Source: Mobula hypostoma
Taxonomy: Eukaryota
Direction of reading: 5' to 3'
Assembly: GCF_963921235.1 (NCBI RefSeq)
Contig: NC_086097.1
Location: 137,952,001-138,016,000, forward strand
DNA: 64,000 nt
Under the pieces are notes generated by a model that saw only the letters and a program-made list of their open reading frames with translations, did not search any database and had not been told where the DNA came from. This document shows, one piece after another, positions 15,001 through 30,000 of this stretch; the first letter of the stretch is position 1; the number at the start of each line of letters is the position of its first letter. The position numbers were made by a program, and so were the translations under genes.

Positions 15001-18000
15001 GTACTGTCCATCCCACAGAGTGACGCTCCCTCAGTACCGTCCATCCCACAGTGTGACACTCCCTCAGTACCGTCCATCCCAGAATGTGACAGTTCCTCAG
15101 TCTTGTCCATCTCACAGTGCGACACTCCCTCAGTACTGTCCATCCCACAGTGTAACACTCTGTCAGTACTGTCCATCCCGCAGTGTGACACTCCCTCAGT
15201 ACTGTCCATCCCACAGAGTGACGCTCCCTCAGTACCGTCCATCCCACAGTCTGACACTCCCTCAGTACCGTCCATCCCAGAATGTGACACTTCCTCAGTC
15301 TTGTCCATCTCACAGTGCGACACTCCCTCAGTACTGTCCATCCCACAGTGTGACCCTTCGTCAGTACTGTCCATCTCACAGTGTGACTCCCCCTCAGTAC
15401 TGTCCATCCCATGGTGTGACACCCCTCAGTACTGTCCATCCCACAGTGTGACATTCCCTCCGTACCGTCCACACACAGTGCGTCACTTGGTCAGTACTGC
15501 CCGTCCCACACTGGGACACTCCCTCAGTACTGCCCTTCCCAGGGTGTGAAATTCCCTCAGTACTGTCCATCCCACAGTGTGACACTCCCTCAGTACTGTC
15601 CATCTCACAGTGACACTCCCTCAGTACTGTCCATCCCACAGTGTGACAGTCCCTCAGGACTGTCCATCCCACAGTGTGACACTCCCTCAGTACTGTCCAT
15701 CCCATAGTGTGACAGTCCCTCAGTACTGTCCACACCACAGTGTGACACTCCCTCAGTACTGTCCATCCTACAGTCTGACACTCCATCAGTACTGTCCATT
15801 CTACAGTGTGACACGCCCTCAGTACCGTCCATCCCCCAATGTGACACTCCCTCAGTCTTGTCCATCTCACAGTGTGACAATCCCTCAGTACTGTCCATTC
15901 CACAGTGTGACACTCCCTCAGTACCGTCCATCCCCCAATGTGACACTCCCTCAGTCTTGTCTATCCCACGGTGTGACACTCCCCAGTACTGCCCGTCCCA
16001 CACTGTGACACTCCCTCAGTACTGCCCTTCCCAGGGTGTGAAATTCCCTCAGTATTTTCCATCCCACAGTGTGACACTCCCTCAGTACTGTCCATCTCAC
16101 AGTGACACTCCCTCAGTACTGTCCATCCCACAGTGTGACAGTCCCTCAGGACTGTCCATCCCACAGTGTGACACTCCCTCAGTACTGTCCATCCCATAGT
16201 GTGACACTCCCTCAGTACTGTGCATTCTACAGTCTGACACTCTCTCAGTACTGTCCATTCCACAGTGTGACACTCCCTCAGTACCGTCCATCCCCCAATG
16301 TGACACTCCCTCAGTCTTGTCCATCTCACAGTGCGACACTCCCTCTGTACTGTCCATCCCACAGTGTGACACTCCGTCAGTACTGTCCATCTCACAGTGT
16401 GACTCCCCCTCAGTACTGTCCATCCCACAGTGTGACACTCCCTCAGTACTGCCCTTCCCAGTGTGTGAAATTCCCTCAGTACTGTCCATCCCACAGAGTG
16501 ACACTCCCTCAGTACAGTCCATCACACAGTGTGACACTCCCTCAGTGCTGTCCATCTCACAGTGTGACACTCCCTCAGTACTGTCCATCCCACTGTGTGA
16601 CAGTCCCTCAGTACTGTCCATCCCACAGTGTGACACTCCCTCAGTACTGTCCATCCCACAGTGTGACAGTCCCTCAGTGCTGTCCACACCACAGTGTGAC
16701 ACTCCCTCAGTACTGTCCATTCTACAGTCTGACACTCCCTCTGTACTGTCCATCCCACAGTGTGACCCTCCGTCAGTACTGTCCATCTCACAGTGTGACT
16801 CCCCCTCAGTACCGTCCATCCCATGGTGTGACACCCCCTCAGTACTATCCATCCCACAGTGTGACATTCCCTCCGTACTGTCCACACACAGTGCGACACT
16901 TGCACAGTACTGCCCTTCCCACAGTGTGACACTCCCTGAGTACTGTCCATCCCACAGTGTGACACTCCCTCAGTCCTGTCCATCCGACAGTGTGACACTC
17001 CCTCAGTACTGTCCATCTCACGGAGTGACGCTCACTCAGTACCGTCCATCCCACAGTGTGATACTCCCTCAGTACTGCCCGTCCCATGCTGTGACACTCC
17101 CTCAGTACTGTCCATCCCACAGTGTGACACTCCTTGAGTACCATCCATCCCATAGTTTGACACTGCCTTAGTACTGTCCATCCCACAGTGTGACACTCCC
17201 TCAATACCGTCCATCCCAGAATGTGACACTCCCTCAGTACTGTCCATCCCACAGAGTGACGCTCCCTCAGTACCGTCCATCCCAGAATGTGACAGTTCCT
17301 CAGTCTTGTCCATCTCACAGTGCGACACTCCCTCAGTACTGTCCATCCCACAGTGTAACACTCTGTCAGTACTGTCCATCCCGCAGTGTGACACTCCCTC
17401 AGTACTGTCCATCCCACAGAGTGACACTCCCTCAGTACTGTCCATCCCAGAATGTGACACTTCCTCAGTCTTGTCCATCTCACAGTGCGACACTCCCTCA
17501 GTACCGTCCATCCCACAGTGTGACACTCCCTCAGTACCGTCCATCCCAGAATGTGACACTTCCTCAGTCTTGTCCATCTCACAGTGCGACACTCCCTCAG
17601 TACTGTCCATCCCACAGTGTGACACTCCCTCAGTACAGTCCATCCCACAGTGTGACACTCCCTCAGTACTGTCCATCCCACAGTGTGATACTCCCTCAGT
17701 ACTGTCCATCCCACAGTGTGACACTCCCTCAGTACTGTCCATCTCACGGAGTGACGCTCACTCAGTACCGTCCATCCCACAGTGTGATACTCCCTCAGTA
17801 CTGCCCGTCCCATACTGTGACACTCCCTCAGTACTGTCCATCCCACAGTGTGACACTCCTTGAGTACCTTCCATCCCATAGTTTGACACTCCCTCAGTAC
17901 TGTCCATCCCACAGTGTGACACTCCCTCAGTAACGTCCATCCCAGAATGTGACACTCCCTCAGTACTGTCCATCCCACAGAGTGACGCTCCCTCAGTTCC

Positions 18001-21000
18001 GTCCATCCCACAGTGTGACACTCCCTCAGTACCGTCCATCCCAGAATGTGACACTTCCTCAGTCTTGTCCATCTCACAGTGCGACACTCCCTCAGTACTG
18101 TCCATACCACAGTGTAACACTCTGTCAGTACTGTCCATCCCGCAGTGTGACACTCCCTCAGTACTGTCCATCCCACAGAGTGACGCTCCCTCAGTACCGT
18201 CCATCCCACAGTGTGACACTCCCTCAGTACCGTCCATCCCAGAATGTGACACTTCCTCAGTCTTGTCCATCTCACAGTGCGACACTCCCTCAGTACTGTC
18301 CATCTCACAGTGTAACACTCTGTCAGTACTGTCCATCCCACAGTGTGACATTCCCTCCGTACTGTCCACACACAGTGCGACACTTGCACAGTACTGCCCT
18401 TCCCACAGTGTGACACTCCCTGAGTACTGTCCATCCCACAGTGTGACACTCCCTCAGTCCTGTCCATCCGACAGTGTGACACTCCCTCAGTACTGTCCAT
18501 CTCACGGAGTGACGCTCACTCAGTACCGTCCATCCCACAGTGTGATACTCCCTCAGTACTGCCCGTCCCATACTGTGACACTCCCTCAGTACTGTCCATC
18601 CCACAGTGTGACACTCCTTGAGTACCATCCATCCCATAGTTTGACACTGCCTTAGTACTGTCCATCCCACAGTGTGACACTCCCTCAATACCGTCCATCC
18701 CAGAATGTGACACTCCCTCAGTACTGTCCATCCCACAGAGTGACGCTCCCTCAGTACCGTCCATCCCAGAATGTGACAGTTCCTCAGTCTTGTCCATCTC
18801 ACAGTGCGACACTCCCTCAGTACTGTCCATCCCACAGTGTAACACTCTGTCAGTACTGTCCATCCCGCAGTGTGACACTCCCTCAGTACTGTCCATCCCA
18901 CAGAGTGACACTCCCTCAGTACTGTCCATCCCAGAATGTGACACTTCCTCAGTCTTGTCCATCTCACAGTGCGACACTCCCTCAGTACCGTCCATCCCAC
19001 AGTGTGACACTCCCTCAGTACCGTCCATCCCAGAATGTGACACTTCCTCAGTCTTGTCCATCTCACAGTGCGACACTCCCTCAGTACTGTCCATCCCACA
19101 GTGTGACACTCCCTCAGTACAGTCCATCCCACAGTGTGACACTCCCTCAGTACTGTCCATCCCACAGTGTGACACTCCCTCAGTACTGTCCATCCCACAG
19201 TGTGACACTCCCTCAGTACTGTCCATCTCACGGAGTGACGCTCACTCAGTACCGTCCATCCCACAGTGTGATACTCCCTCAGTACTGCCCGTCCCATACT
19301 GTGACACTCCCTCAGTACTGTCCATCCCACAGTGTGACACTCCTTGAGTACCTTCCATCCCATAGTTTGACACTCCCTCAGTACTGTCCATCCCACAGTG
19401 TGACACTCCCTCAGTAACGTCCATCCCAGAATGTGACACTCCCTCAGTACTGTCCATCCCACAGAGTGACGCTCCCTCAGTTCCGTCCATCCCACAGTGT
19501 GACACTCCCTCAGTACCGTCCATCCCAGAATGTGACACTTCCTCAGTCTTGTCCATCTCACAGTGCGACACTCCCTCAGTACTGTCCATACCACAGTGTA
19601 ACACTCTGTCAGTACTGTCCATCCCGCAGTGTGACACTCCCTCAGTACTGTCCATCCCACAGAGTGACGCTCCCTCAGTACCGTCCATCCCACAGTGTGA
19701 CACTCCCTCAGTACCGTCCATCCCAGAATGTGACACTTCCTCAGTCTTGTCCATCTCACAGTGCGACACTCCCTCAGTACTGTCCATCTCACAGTGTAAC
19801 ACTCTGTCAGTACTGTCCATCCCACAGTGTGACACTCCCTCAGTACTGTCCATCTCACAGTGTGACACTCCCTCAGTACTGTCCATCCCACGGTGTGACA
19901 CCCCCTCAGTACTGTCCATCCCACAGTGTGACACTCCCTCAGTACCGTACATTCTACAGTCTGACACACTCTCAGTACCGTCCATTCCACAGTGTGACTC
20001 TCCCTCAGCACCGTCCATCCCCCAATGTGACACTCCCTCAGTCTTGTCCATCTCACAGTGTGACACTCCCTCAGTACTGTCCATCTCACAGTGTGACACT
20101 CCCTCAGTACTGTCCATCCCACGGTGTGACACCCCCTCAGTACTGTCCATCCCACAGTGTGACACTCCCTCAGTACCGTACATTCTACAGTCTGACACTC
20201 TCTCAGTACAGTCCATTCCACAGTTTGACTCTCCCTCAGCACCGTCCATCCCCCAATGTGACACTCCCTCAGTCTTGTCCATCTCACAGTGTGACACTCC
20301 CTCAGTACTGTCAATCTCACAGTGTGACACCCCCTCAGTACTGTCTATCCCACAGTGTGACACTCCCTCCGTACTGTCCACGCACAGTGTGACACTCCCT
20401 CAGTACTGTCTGTCCCACACTGTGACACTCCCTCAGTACTGCCCTTCCCGCGGTGTGAAATTCCCTCAGTTATGTCCATCCCACAGAGTGACACTCACTC
20501 AGTAACGTCCATCCCACAGTGTGACACGCCCTCAGTACTGTCCATCCCACAATGTGACACTCCCTCAATACTCTCCATCCCACAGAGTGACACTCCCTGA
20601 GTAATTTCCATCCCACAGTGTGACACCCCCTCAGTACTGTCCATCCCACGGTGTGACACTCCCCAGTACTGTCCATCCCACAGTGCGACACTCCCTCTGT
20701 ACTGTCCATCCCACAGTGTGACCCTTCGTCAGTACTGTCCATCTCACAGTGTGACTCTCCCTCAGTACTGTCCATCCCACAGTGTGACAGTCCCTCAGTA
20801 CTGTCCATCCCACAGTGTGACTCTCCCTCAGTACTGTCCATCCCACAGTGTGACACTCCCTCAGTACTGTCCATCCCAGAGTGTGACACTCCCTCAGTAC
20901 TGTCCATCCCACAGTGTGACACTCCCTCAGTACTGTCCATCCCACAGTGTGACACTCCCTCAGTACTGTCCATCTCACAGTGTGACACTCCCTCAGTACT

Positions 21001-24000
21001 GTCCATCCCACAGTCTGACATTCCCTCAGTACTGTCCATTCTACAGTCTGACACTCTCTCCGTACTGTCCATTCCACAGTCTGACACTCCCTTAGTACCG
21101 TCTATCCCCCAATGTGACACTCCCTCATTCTTGTCCATCTCACAGTGCGACACTCCCTCTGTACTGTCCATCCCACAGTGTGACCCTCCGTCAGTACTGT
21201 CCATCTCACAGTGTGACTCCCACTCAGTACTGTCCATCCCACGGTGTGACACCCCCTCAGTACTGTCCATCCCACAGTGTGACATTCCCTCAGTGCTGTC
21301 CATCCCACAGTGTGACACTCCCTCCGTACTGTCCACACACAGTGTGACACTCCCTCAGTACTGTCTGTCCCACACTGTGACACTCCCTCAGTACTGCCTT
21401 TCCCGCGGTGTAAAATCCCCTCAGTTCTGTCCATCCCACAGAGTGACACTCCCTCAGTACTGTCCATCCCACAGTGTGACACTCCCTCAGTACCGTCCAT
21501 CCCACAATGTGACACTCCCTCAATACTGTCCATCCCACAGAGTGACACTCCCTGAGTAATTTCCATCCCACAGTGTGACACCCCCTCAGTACTGTCCATC
21601 CCACGGTGTGACACTCCCCAGTACTGTCCATCCCACAATGCGACACTCATCTGTACTGTCCATCCCACAGTGTGACCCTTCGTCAGTACTGTCCATCTCA
21701 GAGTGTGACTCCCCCTCAGTACTGTCCATCCCACGGTGTGACACCCCCTCAGTACTGTCCATCCCACAGTGTGACACTGCCTCAGTACTGTCCATCTCAC
21801 AGTGTGACACTCCCTCAGTACTGTCCATCCCACAGTGTGACAGTCCCTCAGTACTGTCCATCCCACAGTGTGACACTCCCTCAGTACTGTCCATCTCACA
21901 GTGTGACACTCCCTCAGTACTGTCCATCCCACAGTGTGACACTCCCTCAGTACTGTCCAACCTGCAGAGTGACATTCCCTCCGTACTGTCCACACACACT
22001 GTGACACTCCCTCAGTACTGCCTTTCCCAGGGTGTGAAATTCCCTAAGTACTGTCCATCCCACACTGTGACACTCCCTCAGTACTGTCCATCCCACAGTG
22101 TGGCAGTCCCTCAGTACTGTCCATCCCACAGTGTGACATTCCCTCCATACTGTCCACACACAGTGCGACACGTGGTCAGTACTGCCCGTCCCACACTGTG
22201 ACCCTGCCTCAGTACTACCCTTCTCAGGGTGTGAAATTCCCTCAGTCCTGTCCATCCCACAGAGTGACACTCCCTCAGTACCGTCCATCCCACAGTGTGA
22301 CATTCCCTCAGTACCGTCCATCCCACAATGTGACACTCCCTCAATACTGTCCATCCCACAGAGTGACACTGCCTGAGTACTGTCCATCCCACGGTTTGAC
22401 ACCCCCTCAGTACTGTCCATCCCGCGGTGTGACACTCCCCAGTACTGCCCGTCTCACACTGTGACACTCCGTCAGTACTGCCCTTCCCAGGGTGTGCAAT
22501 TCGCTCAGTACTGTCCATCCCACAGAGTGACAGTCCCTCAGTACCGTCCATCCGACAGTGTGACACTCCCTCAGTACTGTCCATCCCACAGTGTGACAGT
22601 CCCTCAGTACTGTCCACACCACAGTGTGACACTCCGTCAGTACTGTCCATTCTACAGTCTGACACTCTCTCAGTACTGTCCATTCCACAGTGTGACACTC
22701 CCCCAGTACCGTGCATCCCCCAATGTGACACTCCCTCAGTCTTGTCCATCTCACAGTGTGACTCCCCCTCAGTACTGTCCATCCCACGGTGTGACACCCC
22801 CTCAGTACTGTCCATCCTATGGTGTGACACTCCCTCCATACTGTCCACACACAGTGTGACACACCCTCCATACTGTCCACACACAGTGTGACACTCCCTC
22901 AGTACTGTCCATCCCACAGTGTGACACTCCTTGAGTACCTTCCATCCCATAGTTTGACACTCCCTCAGTACTGTCCTTCCCACAGTGTGACACTCCCTCA
23001 GTACTGTCCATCTCATGGAGTTACGCTCCCTCAGTACCGTCCATCCCACAGTGTGACGCTCCCTCAGTACTGTCCATCCCACAGAGTGACGCTCCCTGAC
23101 TACCGTCCATCCCACAGTGTGACACTCCCTCAGTACCGTCCATCCCAGAATGTGACACTTCCTCAGTCTTGTCCATCTCACAGTGCGACACTCCGTCTGT
23201 ACTGTCCATCCCACAGTGTGACACTCCCTCAGTACCGTCCATCCCACAGTGTGACACTCCTTGAGTACCTTCCATCCCATAATTTGATACTCCCTCAGTA
23301 CTGTCCATCCCACAGTGTGGCACTTCCTCAGTACTGTCTGTCCCACAATGTGACACTCCCTCAGTACTGTCCATCTCACAGTGTGACACCCCCTCAGTGC
23401 TGTCCATCCCACGGTGTGATACCCCCTCAGTACTGTCCATCCCACAGTGTGACACTCCCTCAGTACCGTACATTCTACAGTCTGACACTCTCTCAGTACC
23501 GTACATTCCACAGTGTGACTCTCCCTCAGCACCGTCCATCCCCCAATGTGACACTCCCTCAGTCTTGTCCATCTCACAGTGTGACACTGTCTCCGTACTG
23601 TCCACACACAGTGTGACACTCCCTCAGTACTGTCTGTCCCACACTGTGACACTCCCTCAGTACTGCCCTTCCCGCGGTGTAAAATCCCCTCAGTTCTGTC
23701 CATCCCACAGAGTGACACTCCCTCAGTACTGTCCATCCCACAGTGTGACACTCCCTCAGTACCGTCCATCCCACAATGTGACACTCCCTCAATACTGTCC
23801 ATCCCACAGAGTGACACTCCCTGAGTACTTTCCATCCCACGGTGTGACACCCCCTCAGTATTGTCCATCCCACGGTGTGACACTCCCCAGTACTGTCCAT
23901 CCCACAGTGCGACACTCCCTCTGTACTGTCCATCCCACAGTGTGACCCTTCGTCAGTACTGTCTATCTCACAGTGTGACTCCTCCTCAGTACTCTCCATC

Positions 24001-27000
24001 CCACGGTGTGACACCCCCTCAGTACTGTCCATCCCACATTGTGACATTCCCTCCGTACTGTCCACACACAGTGCGACACTTGGTCAGTACTGCCCGTCCC
24101 ACACTGTGACACTCCCTCAGTACTACCCTTCCCAAGGTGTGAAATTCCCTCAGTGCTGTCCATCCCACAGAGTGACACTCGCTCAGTACTGTCCATCCCA
24201 CAGTGTGACAGTCCCTCAGTACTGTCCATCCCACAGTATAACACTCCCGCAGTACTGTCCATCCCACAGTGTGACAGTTCCTCAGTACTGTCCACCCCAC
24301 AGTGTGACACTCCCTCAGTACTGTCCATCTCACAGTGTGACAGTCCCTCAGTACTGTCCATCCCACAGTGTGACACTCCCTCAGTACCGTACATTCTACA
24401 GTCTGACGCTCTCTCAGTACCGTCCATTCCACAGTGTGACTCTCCCTCAGCACCGTCCATCCCCCAATGTGACACTCCCTCAGTCTTGTCCATCTCACAG
24501 TGTGACACTCCCTCCGTACTGTCCACACACAGTGTGACACTCGCTCAGTACTGTCTGTCCCACACTGTGACACTCCCTCAGTACTGCCCTCCCGCGGTGT
24601 AAAATCCCCTCAGTTCTGTCCATCCCACAGAGTGACACTCCCTCAGTACTGTCTTTCCCACAGTGTGACACTCCCTCTGTACCGTCCTTCCCACAATGTG
24701 ACACTCGCTCAATACTGTCCATCCCACAGAGTGACACTCCCTGAGTACTTTCCATCCGACGGTGTGACACCCCCTCAGTACTGTCCATCCCACGGTGTGA
24801 CACTCCCCAGTACTGTCCATCCCACAGTGCGACACTCCCCAGTACTGTCCATCCCACAGTGCGACACTCCCTCTGTACTGTCCATCCCACAGTGTGACCC
24901 TCCGTCAGTACTGTCTATCTCACAGTGTGACTCCCCCTCAGTACTCTCCATCCCACGGTGTGACACCCCCTCAGTACTGTCCATCCCACATTGTGACATT
25001 CCCTCCGTACTGTCAACACACAGTGCGACACTTGGTCAGTACTGCCCGTCCCACACTGTGATACTCCCTCAGTACTACCCTTCCCAGGGTGTGAAATTCC
25101 CTCAGTGCTGTCCATCCCACAGAGTGACACTCCCTCAGTACTGTCCATCCCACAGTGTGACAGTTCCTCAGTACTGTCCACACCACAGTGTGACACTCCC
25201 TCAGTACCGTCCATCCCCCAATGTGACACTCCCTCAGTCTTGTCCATCTCACAGTGCGACACTCCGTCTGTACTGTCCATCCCACAGTGTGACCCTCCGT
25301 CAGTACTGTCCATCTCACAGTGTTACTCCCCCTCAGTACTGTCCATCCCACGGTGTGACACACCCTCAGTACTGTCCATCCTACAGTGTGACATTCCCTC
25401 TGTACTGTCCACACACAGTGCGACACTTAGTCAGTACTGCCCGTCCCACACTGTGAAACTCCCTCAGTACTGCCCTTCCCAGGATGTGAAATTCCCTCAG
25501 TACTCTCCATCCCACAGAGTGACACTCCCTCAGTACTGTCCATCCTGCAGTGTGACATTCCCTCCGTACTGTCCACACACAGTGCGACACTTGGTCAGTA
25601 CTGCCCGTCCCACACTGTGACACTCCCTCAGTACTGCCCTTCCCAGGGTGTGAAATTCCCTCAGTGCTGTCCATCCCAGAGCGTGACACTCCCTCAGTAC
25701 TGTCCATCCCACAGTGTGACACTCCCTCAGTACTGTCCATCTCACAGTGTGACACTCCCTGAGTACTGTCCATCCTACAGTGTGACACTCCCTCAGTACT
25801 GTCCACCCCACAGTGTGACACTCCCTCAGTACTGTCCATCTCACAGTGTGACAGTCCCTCAGTACTGTCCATCCCACAGTGTGACACTCCCTCAGTACCG
25901 TACATTCTACAGTCTGACGCTCTCTCAGTACCGTCCATTCCACAGTGTGACTCTCCCTCAGCACCGTCCATCCCCCAATGTGACACTCCCTCAGTCTTGT
26001 CCATCTCACAGTGTGACACTCCCTCCGTACTGTCCACACACAGTGTGACACTCGCTCAGTACTGTCTGTCCCACACTGTGACACTCCCTCAGTACTGCCC
26101 TCCCGCGGTGTAAAATCCCCTCAGTTCTGTCCATTCCACAGAGTGACACTCCCTCAGTACTGTCTTTCCCACAGTGTGACACTCCCTCTGTACCGTCCAT
26201 CCCAGAATGTGACACTCGCTCAATACTGTCCATCCCACAGAGTGACACTCCCTGAGTACTTTCCATCCGACGGTGTGACACCCCCTCAGTACTGTCCATC
26301 CCACGGTGTGACACTCCCCAGTACTGTCCATCCCACAGTGCGACACTCCCCAGTACTGTCCATCCCACAGTGCGACACTCCCTCTGTACTGTCCATCCCA
26401 CAGTGTGACCCTCCGTCAGTACTGTCTATCTCACAGTGTGACTCCCCCTCAGTACTCTCCATCCCACGGTGTGACACCCCCTCAGTACTGTCCATCCCAC
26501 ATTGTGACATTCCCTCCGTACTGTCAACACACAGTGCGACACTTGGTCAGTACTGCCCGTCCCACACTGTGACACTCCCTCAGTACTACCCTTCCCAGGG
26601 TGTGAAATTCCCTCAGTGCTGTCCATCCCACAGAGTGACACTCCCTCAGTACTGTCCATCCCACAGTGTGACAGTCCCTCAGTACTGTCTTTCCCACAAT
26701 ATGACACTCCCTCAGTACTGTCCATACCACAGTGTGACACTCCCTCAGTACCGTCCATCCCGCAATGTGACACTCCCTCAGTCTTGTCCATCTCACAGTG
26801 CGACACTCCGTCTGTACTGTCCATCCCACAGTGTGACCCTCCGTCAGTACTGTCTATCTTACAGTGTGACTCCCCCTCAGTACTCTCCATCCCACGGTGT
26901 GACACCCCCTCAGTACTGTCCATCCCACATTGTGACATTCCCTCCGTACTGTCCACACACAGTGCGACACTTGGTCAGTACTGCCCATCCCACACTGTGA

Positions 27001-30000
27001 CACTCCCTCAGTACTACCCTTCCCAGGGTGTGAAATTCCCTCAGTGCTGTCCATCCCACAGAGTGACACTCCCTCAGTACTGTCCATCCCACAGTGTGAC
27101 AGTCCCTCAGTACTGTCCATCCCACAGTATGACACTCCCTCAGTACTGTCCATCCCACAGTGTGACAGTCCCTCAGTACTGTCCACACCACAGTGTGACA
27201 CTCCCTCAGTACCGTCCATCCCCAAATGTGACACTCCCTCAGTCTTGTCCATCTCACAGTGCGACACTCCGTCTGTACTGTCCATCCCACAGTGTGACCC
27301 TCTGTCAGTACTGTCCATCTCACAGTGTGACTCCCCCTCAGTACTGTCCATCCCACGGTGTGACACCCCCTCAGTACTGTCCATCCCACATTGTGACATT
27401 CACTCCGTACTGTCCACACACAGTGCGACACTTGGTCAGTACTGCCCGTCCCACACTGTGACACTCCCTCAGTACTACCCTTCCCAGGGTGTGAAATTCC
27501 CTCAGTGCTGTCCATCCCACAGAGTGACACTCCCTCAGTACTTTCCATCCTGCAGTGTGACATTCCCTCCGTACTGTCCACACACAGTGCGACACTTGGT
27601 CAGTACTGCCCGTCCCACACTGTGACACTCCCTCAGTACTGCCCTTCCCAGGGTGTGAAATTCCCTCAGTGCTGTCCATCCCACAGCGTGACACTCCCTC
27701 AGTACTGTCCATCCCAGAGTGTGACACTCCCTCAGTACTGTCCATCTCACAGTGTGACACTCCCTCAGTACTGTCCATCCTACAGTGTGACACTCCCTCA
27801 GTACTGTCCACCCCACAGTGTGACACTCCCTCAGTACTGTCCATCTCACAGTGTGACAGTCCCTCAGTACTGTCCATCCCACAGTGTGACACTCCCTCAG
27901 TACCGTACATTCTACAGTCTGACGCTCTCTCAGTACCGTCCATTCCACAGTGTGACTCTCCCTCAGCACCGTCCATCCCCCAATGTGACACTCCCTCAGT
28001 CTTGTCCATCTCACAGTGTGACACTCCCTCCGTACTGTCCACACACAGTGTGACACTCGCTCAGTACTGTCTGTCCCACACTGTGACACTCCCTCAGTAC
28101 TGCCCTCCCGCGGTGTAAAATCCCCTCAGTTCTGTCCATCCCACAGAGTGACACTCCCTCAGTACTGTCTTTCCCACAGTGTGACACTCCCTCTGTACCG
28201 TCCATCCCACAATGTGACACTCGCTCAATACTGTCCATCCCACAGAGTGACACTCCCTGAGTACTTTCCATCCGACGGTGTGACACCCCCTCAGTACTGT
28301 CCATCCCACGGTGTGACACTCCCCAGTACTGTCCATCCCACAGTGCGACACTCCCCAGTACTGTCCATCCCACAGTGCGACACTCCCTCTGTACTGTCCA
28401 TCCCACAGTGTGACCCTCCGTCAGTACTGTCTATCTCACAGTGTGACTCCCCCTCAGTACTCTCCATCCCACGGTGTGACACCCCCTCAGTACTGTCCAT
28501 CCCACATTGTGACATTCCCTCCGTACTGTCAACACACAGTGCGACACTTGGTCAGTACTGCCCGTCCCACACTGTGATACTCCCTCAGTACTACCCTTCC
28601 CAGGGTGTGAAATTCCCTCAGTGCTGTCCATCCCACAGAGTGACACTCCCTCAGTACTGTCCATCCCACAGTGTGACAGTTCCTCAGTACTGTCCACACC
28701 ACAGTGTGACACTCCCTCAGTACCGTCCATCCCCCAATGTGACACTCCCTCAGTCTTGTCCATCTCACAGTGCGACACTCCGTCTGTACTGTCCATCCCA
28801 CAGTGTGACCCTCCGTCAGTACTGTCCATCTCACAGTGTTACTCCCCCTCAGTACTGTCCATCCCACGGTGTGACACACCCTCAGTACTGTCCATCCTAC
28901 AGTGTGACATTCCCTCTGTACTGTCCACACACAGTGCGACACTTAGTCAGTACTGCCCGTCCCACACTGTGAAACTCCCTCAGTACTGCCCTTCCCAGGA
29001 TGTGAAATTCCCTCAGTACTCTCCATCCCACAGAGTGACACTCCCTCAGTACTGTCCATCCTGCAGTGTGACATTCCCTCCGTACTGTCCACACACAGTG
29101 CGACACTTGGTCAGTACTGCCCGTCCCACACTGTGACACTCCCTCAGTACTGCCCTTCCCAGGGTGTGAAATTCCCTCAGTGCTGTCCATCCCAGAGCGT
29201 GACACTCCCTCAGTACTGTCCATCCCACAGTGTGACACTCCCTCAGTACTGTCCATCTCACAGTGTGACACTCCCTGAGTACTGTCCATCCTACAGTGTG
29301 ACACTCCCTCAGTACTGTCCACCCCACAGTGTGACACTCCCTCAGTACTGTCCATCTCACAGTGTGACAGTCCCTCAGTACTGTCCATCCCACAGTGTGA
29401 CACTCCCTCAGTACCGTACATTCTACAGTCTGACGCTCTCTCAGTACCGTCCATTCCACAGTGTGACTCTCCCTCAGCACCGTCCATCCCCCAATGTGAC
29501 ACTCCCTCAGTCTTGTCCATCTCACAGTGTGACACTCCCTCCGTACTGTCCACACACAGTGTGACACTCGCTCAGTACTGTCTGTCCCACACTGTGACAC
29601 TCCCTCAGTACTGCCCTCCCGCGGTGTAAAATCCCCTCAGTTCTGTCCATTCCACAGAGTGACACTCCCTCAGTACTGTCTTTCCCACAGTGTGACACTC
29701 CCTCTGTACCGTCCATCCCAGAATGTGACACTCGCTCAATACTGTCCATCCCACAGAGTGACACTCCCTGAGTACTTTCCATCCGACGGTGTGACACCCC
29801 CTCAGTACTGTCCATCCCACGGTGTGACACTCCCCAGTACTGTCCATCCCACAGTGCGACACTCCCCAGTACTGTCCATCCCACAGTGCGACACTCCCTC
29901 TGTACTGTCCATCCCACAGTGTGACCCTCCGTCAGTACTGTCTATCTCACAGTGTGACTCCCCCTCAGTACTCTCCATCCCACGGTGTGACACCCCCTCA

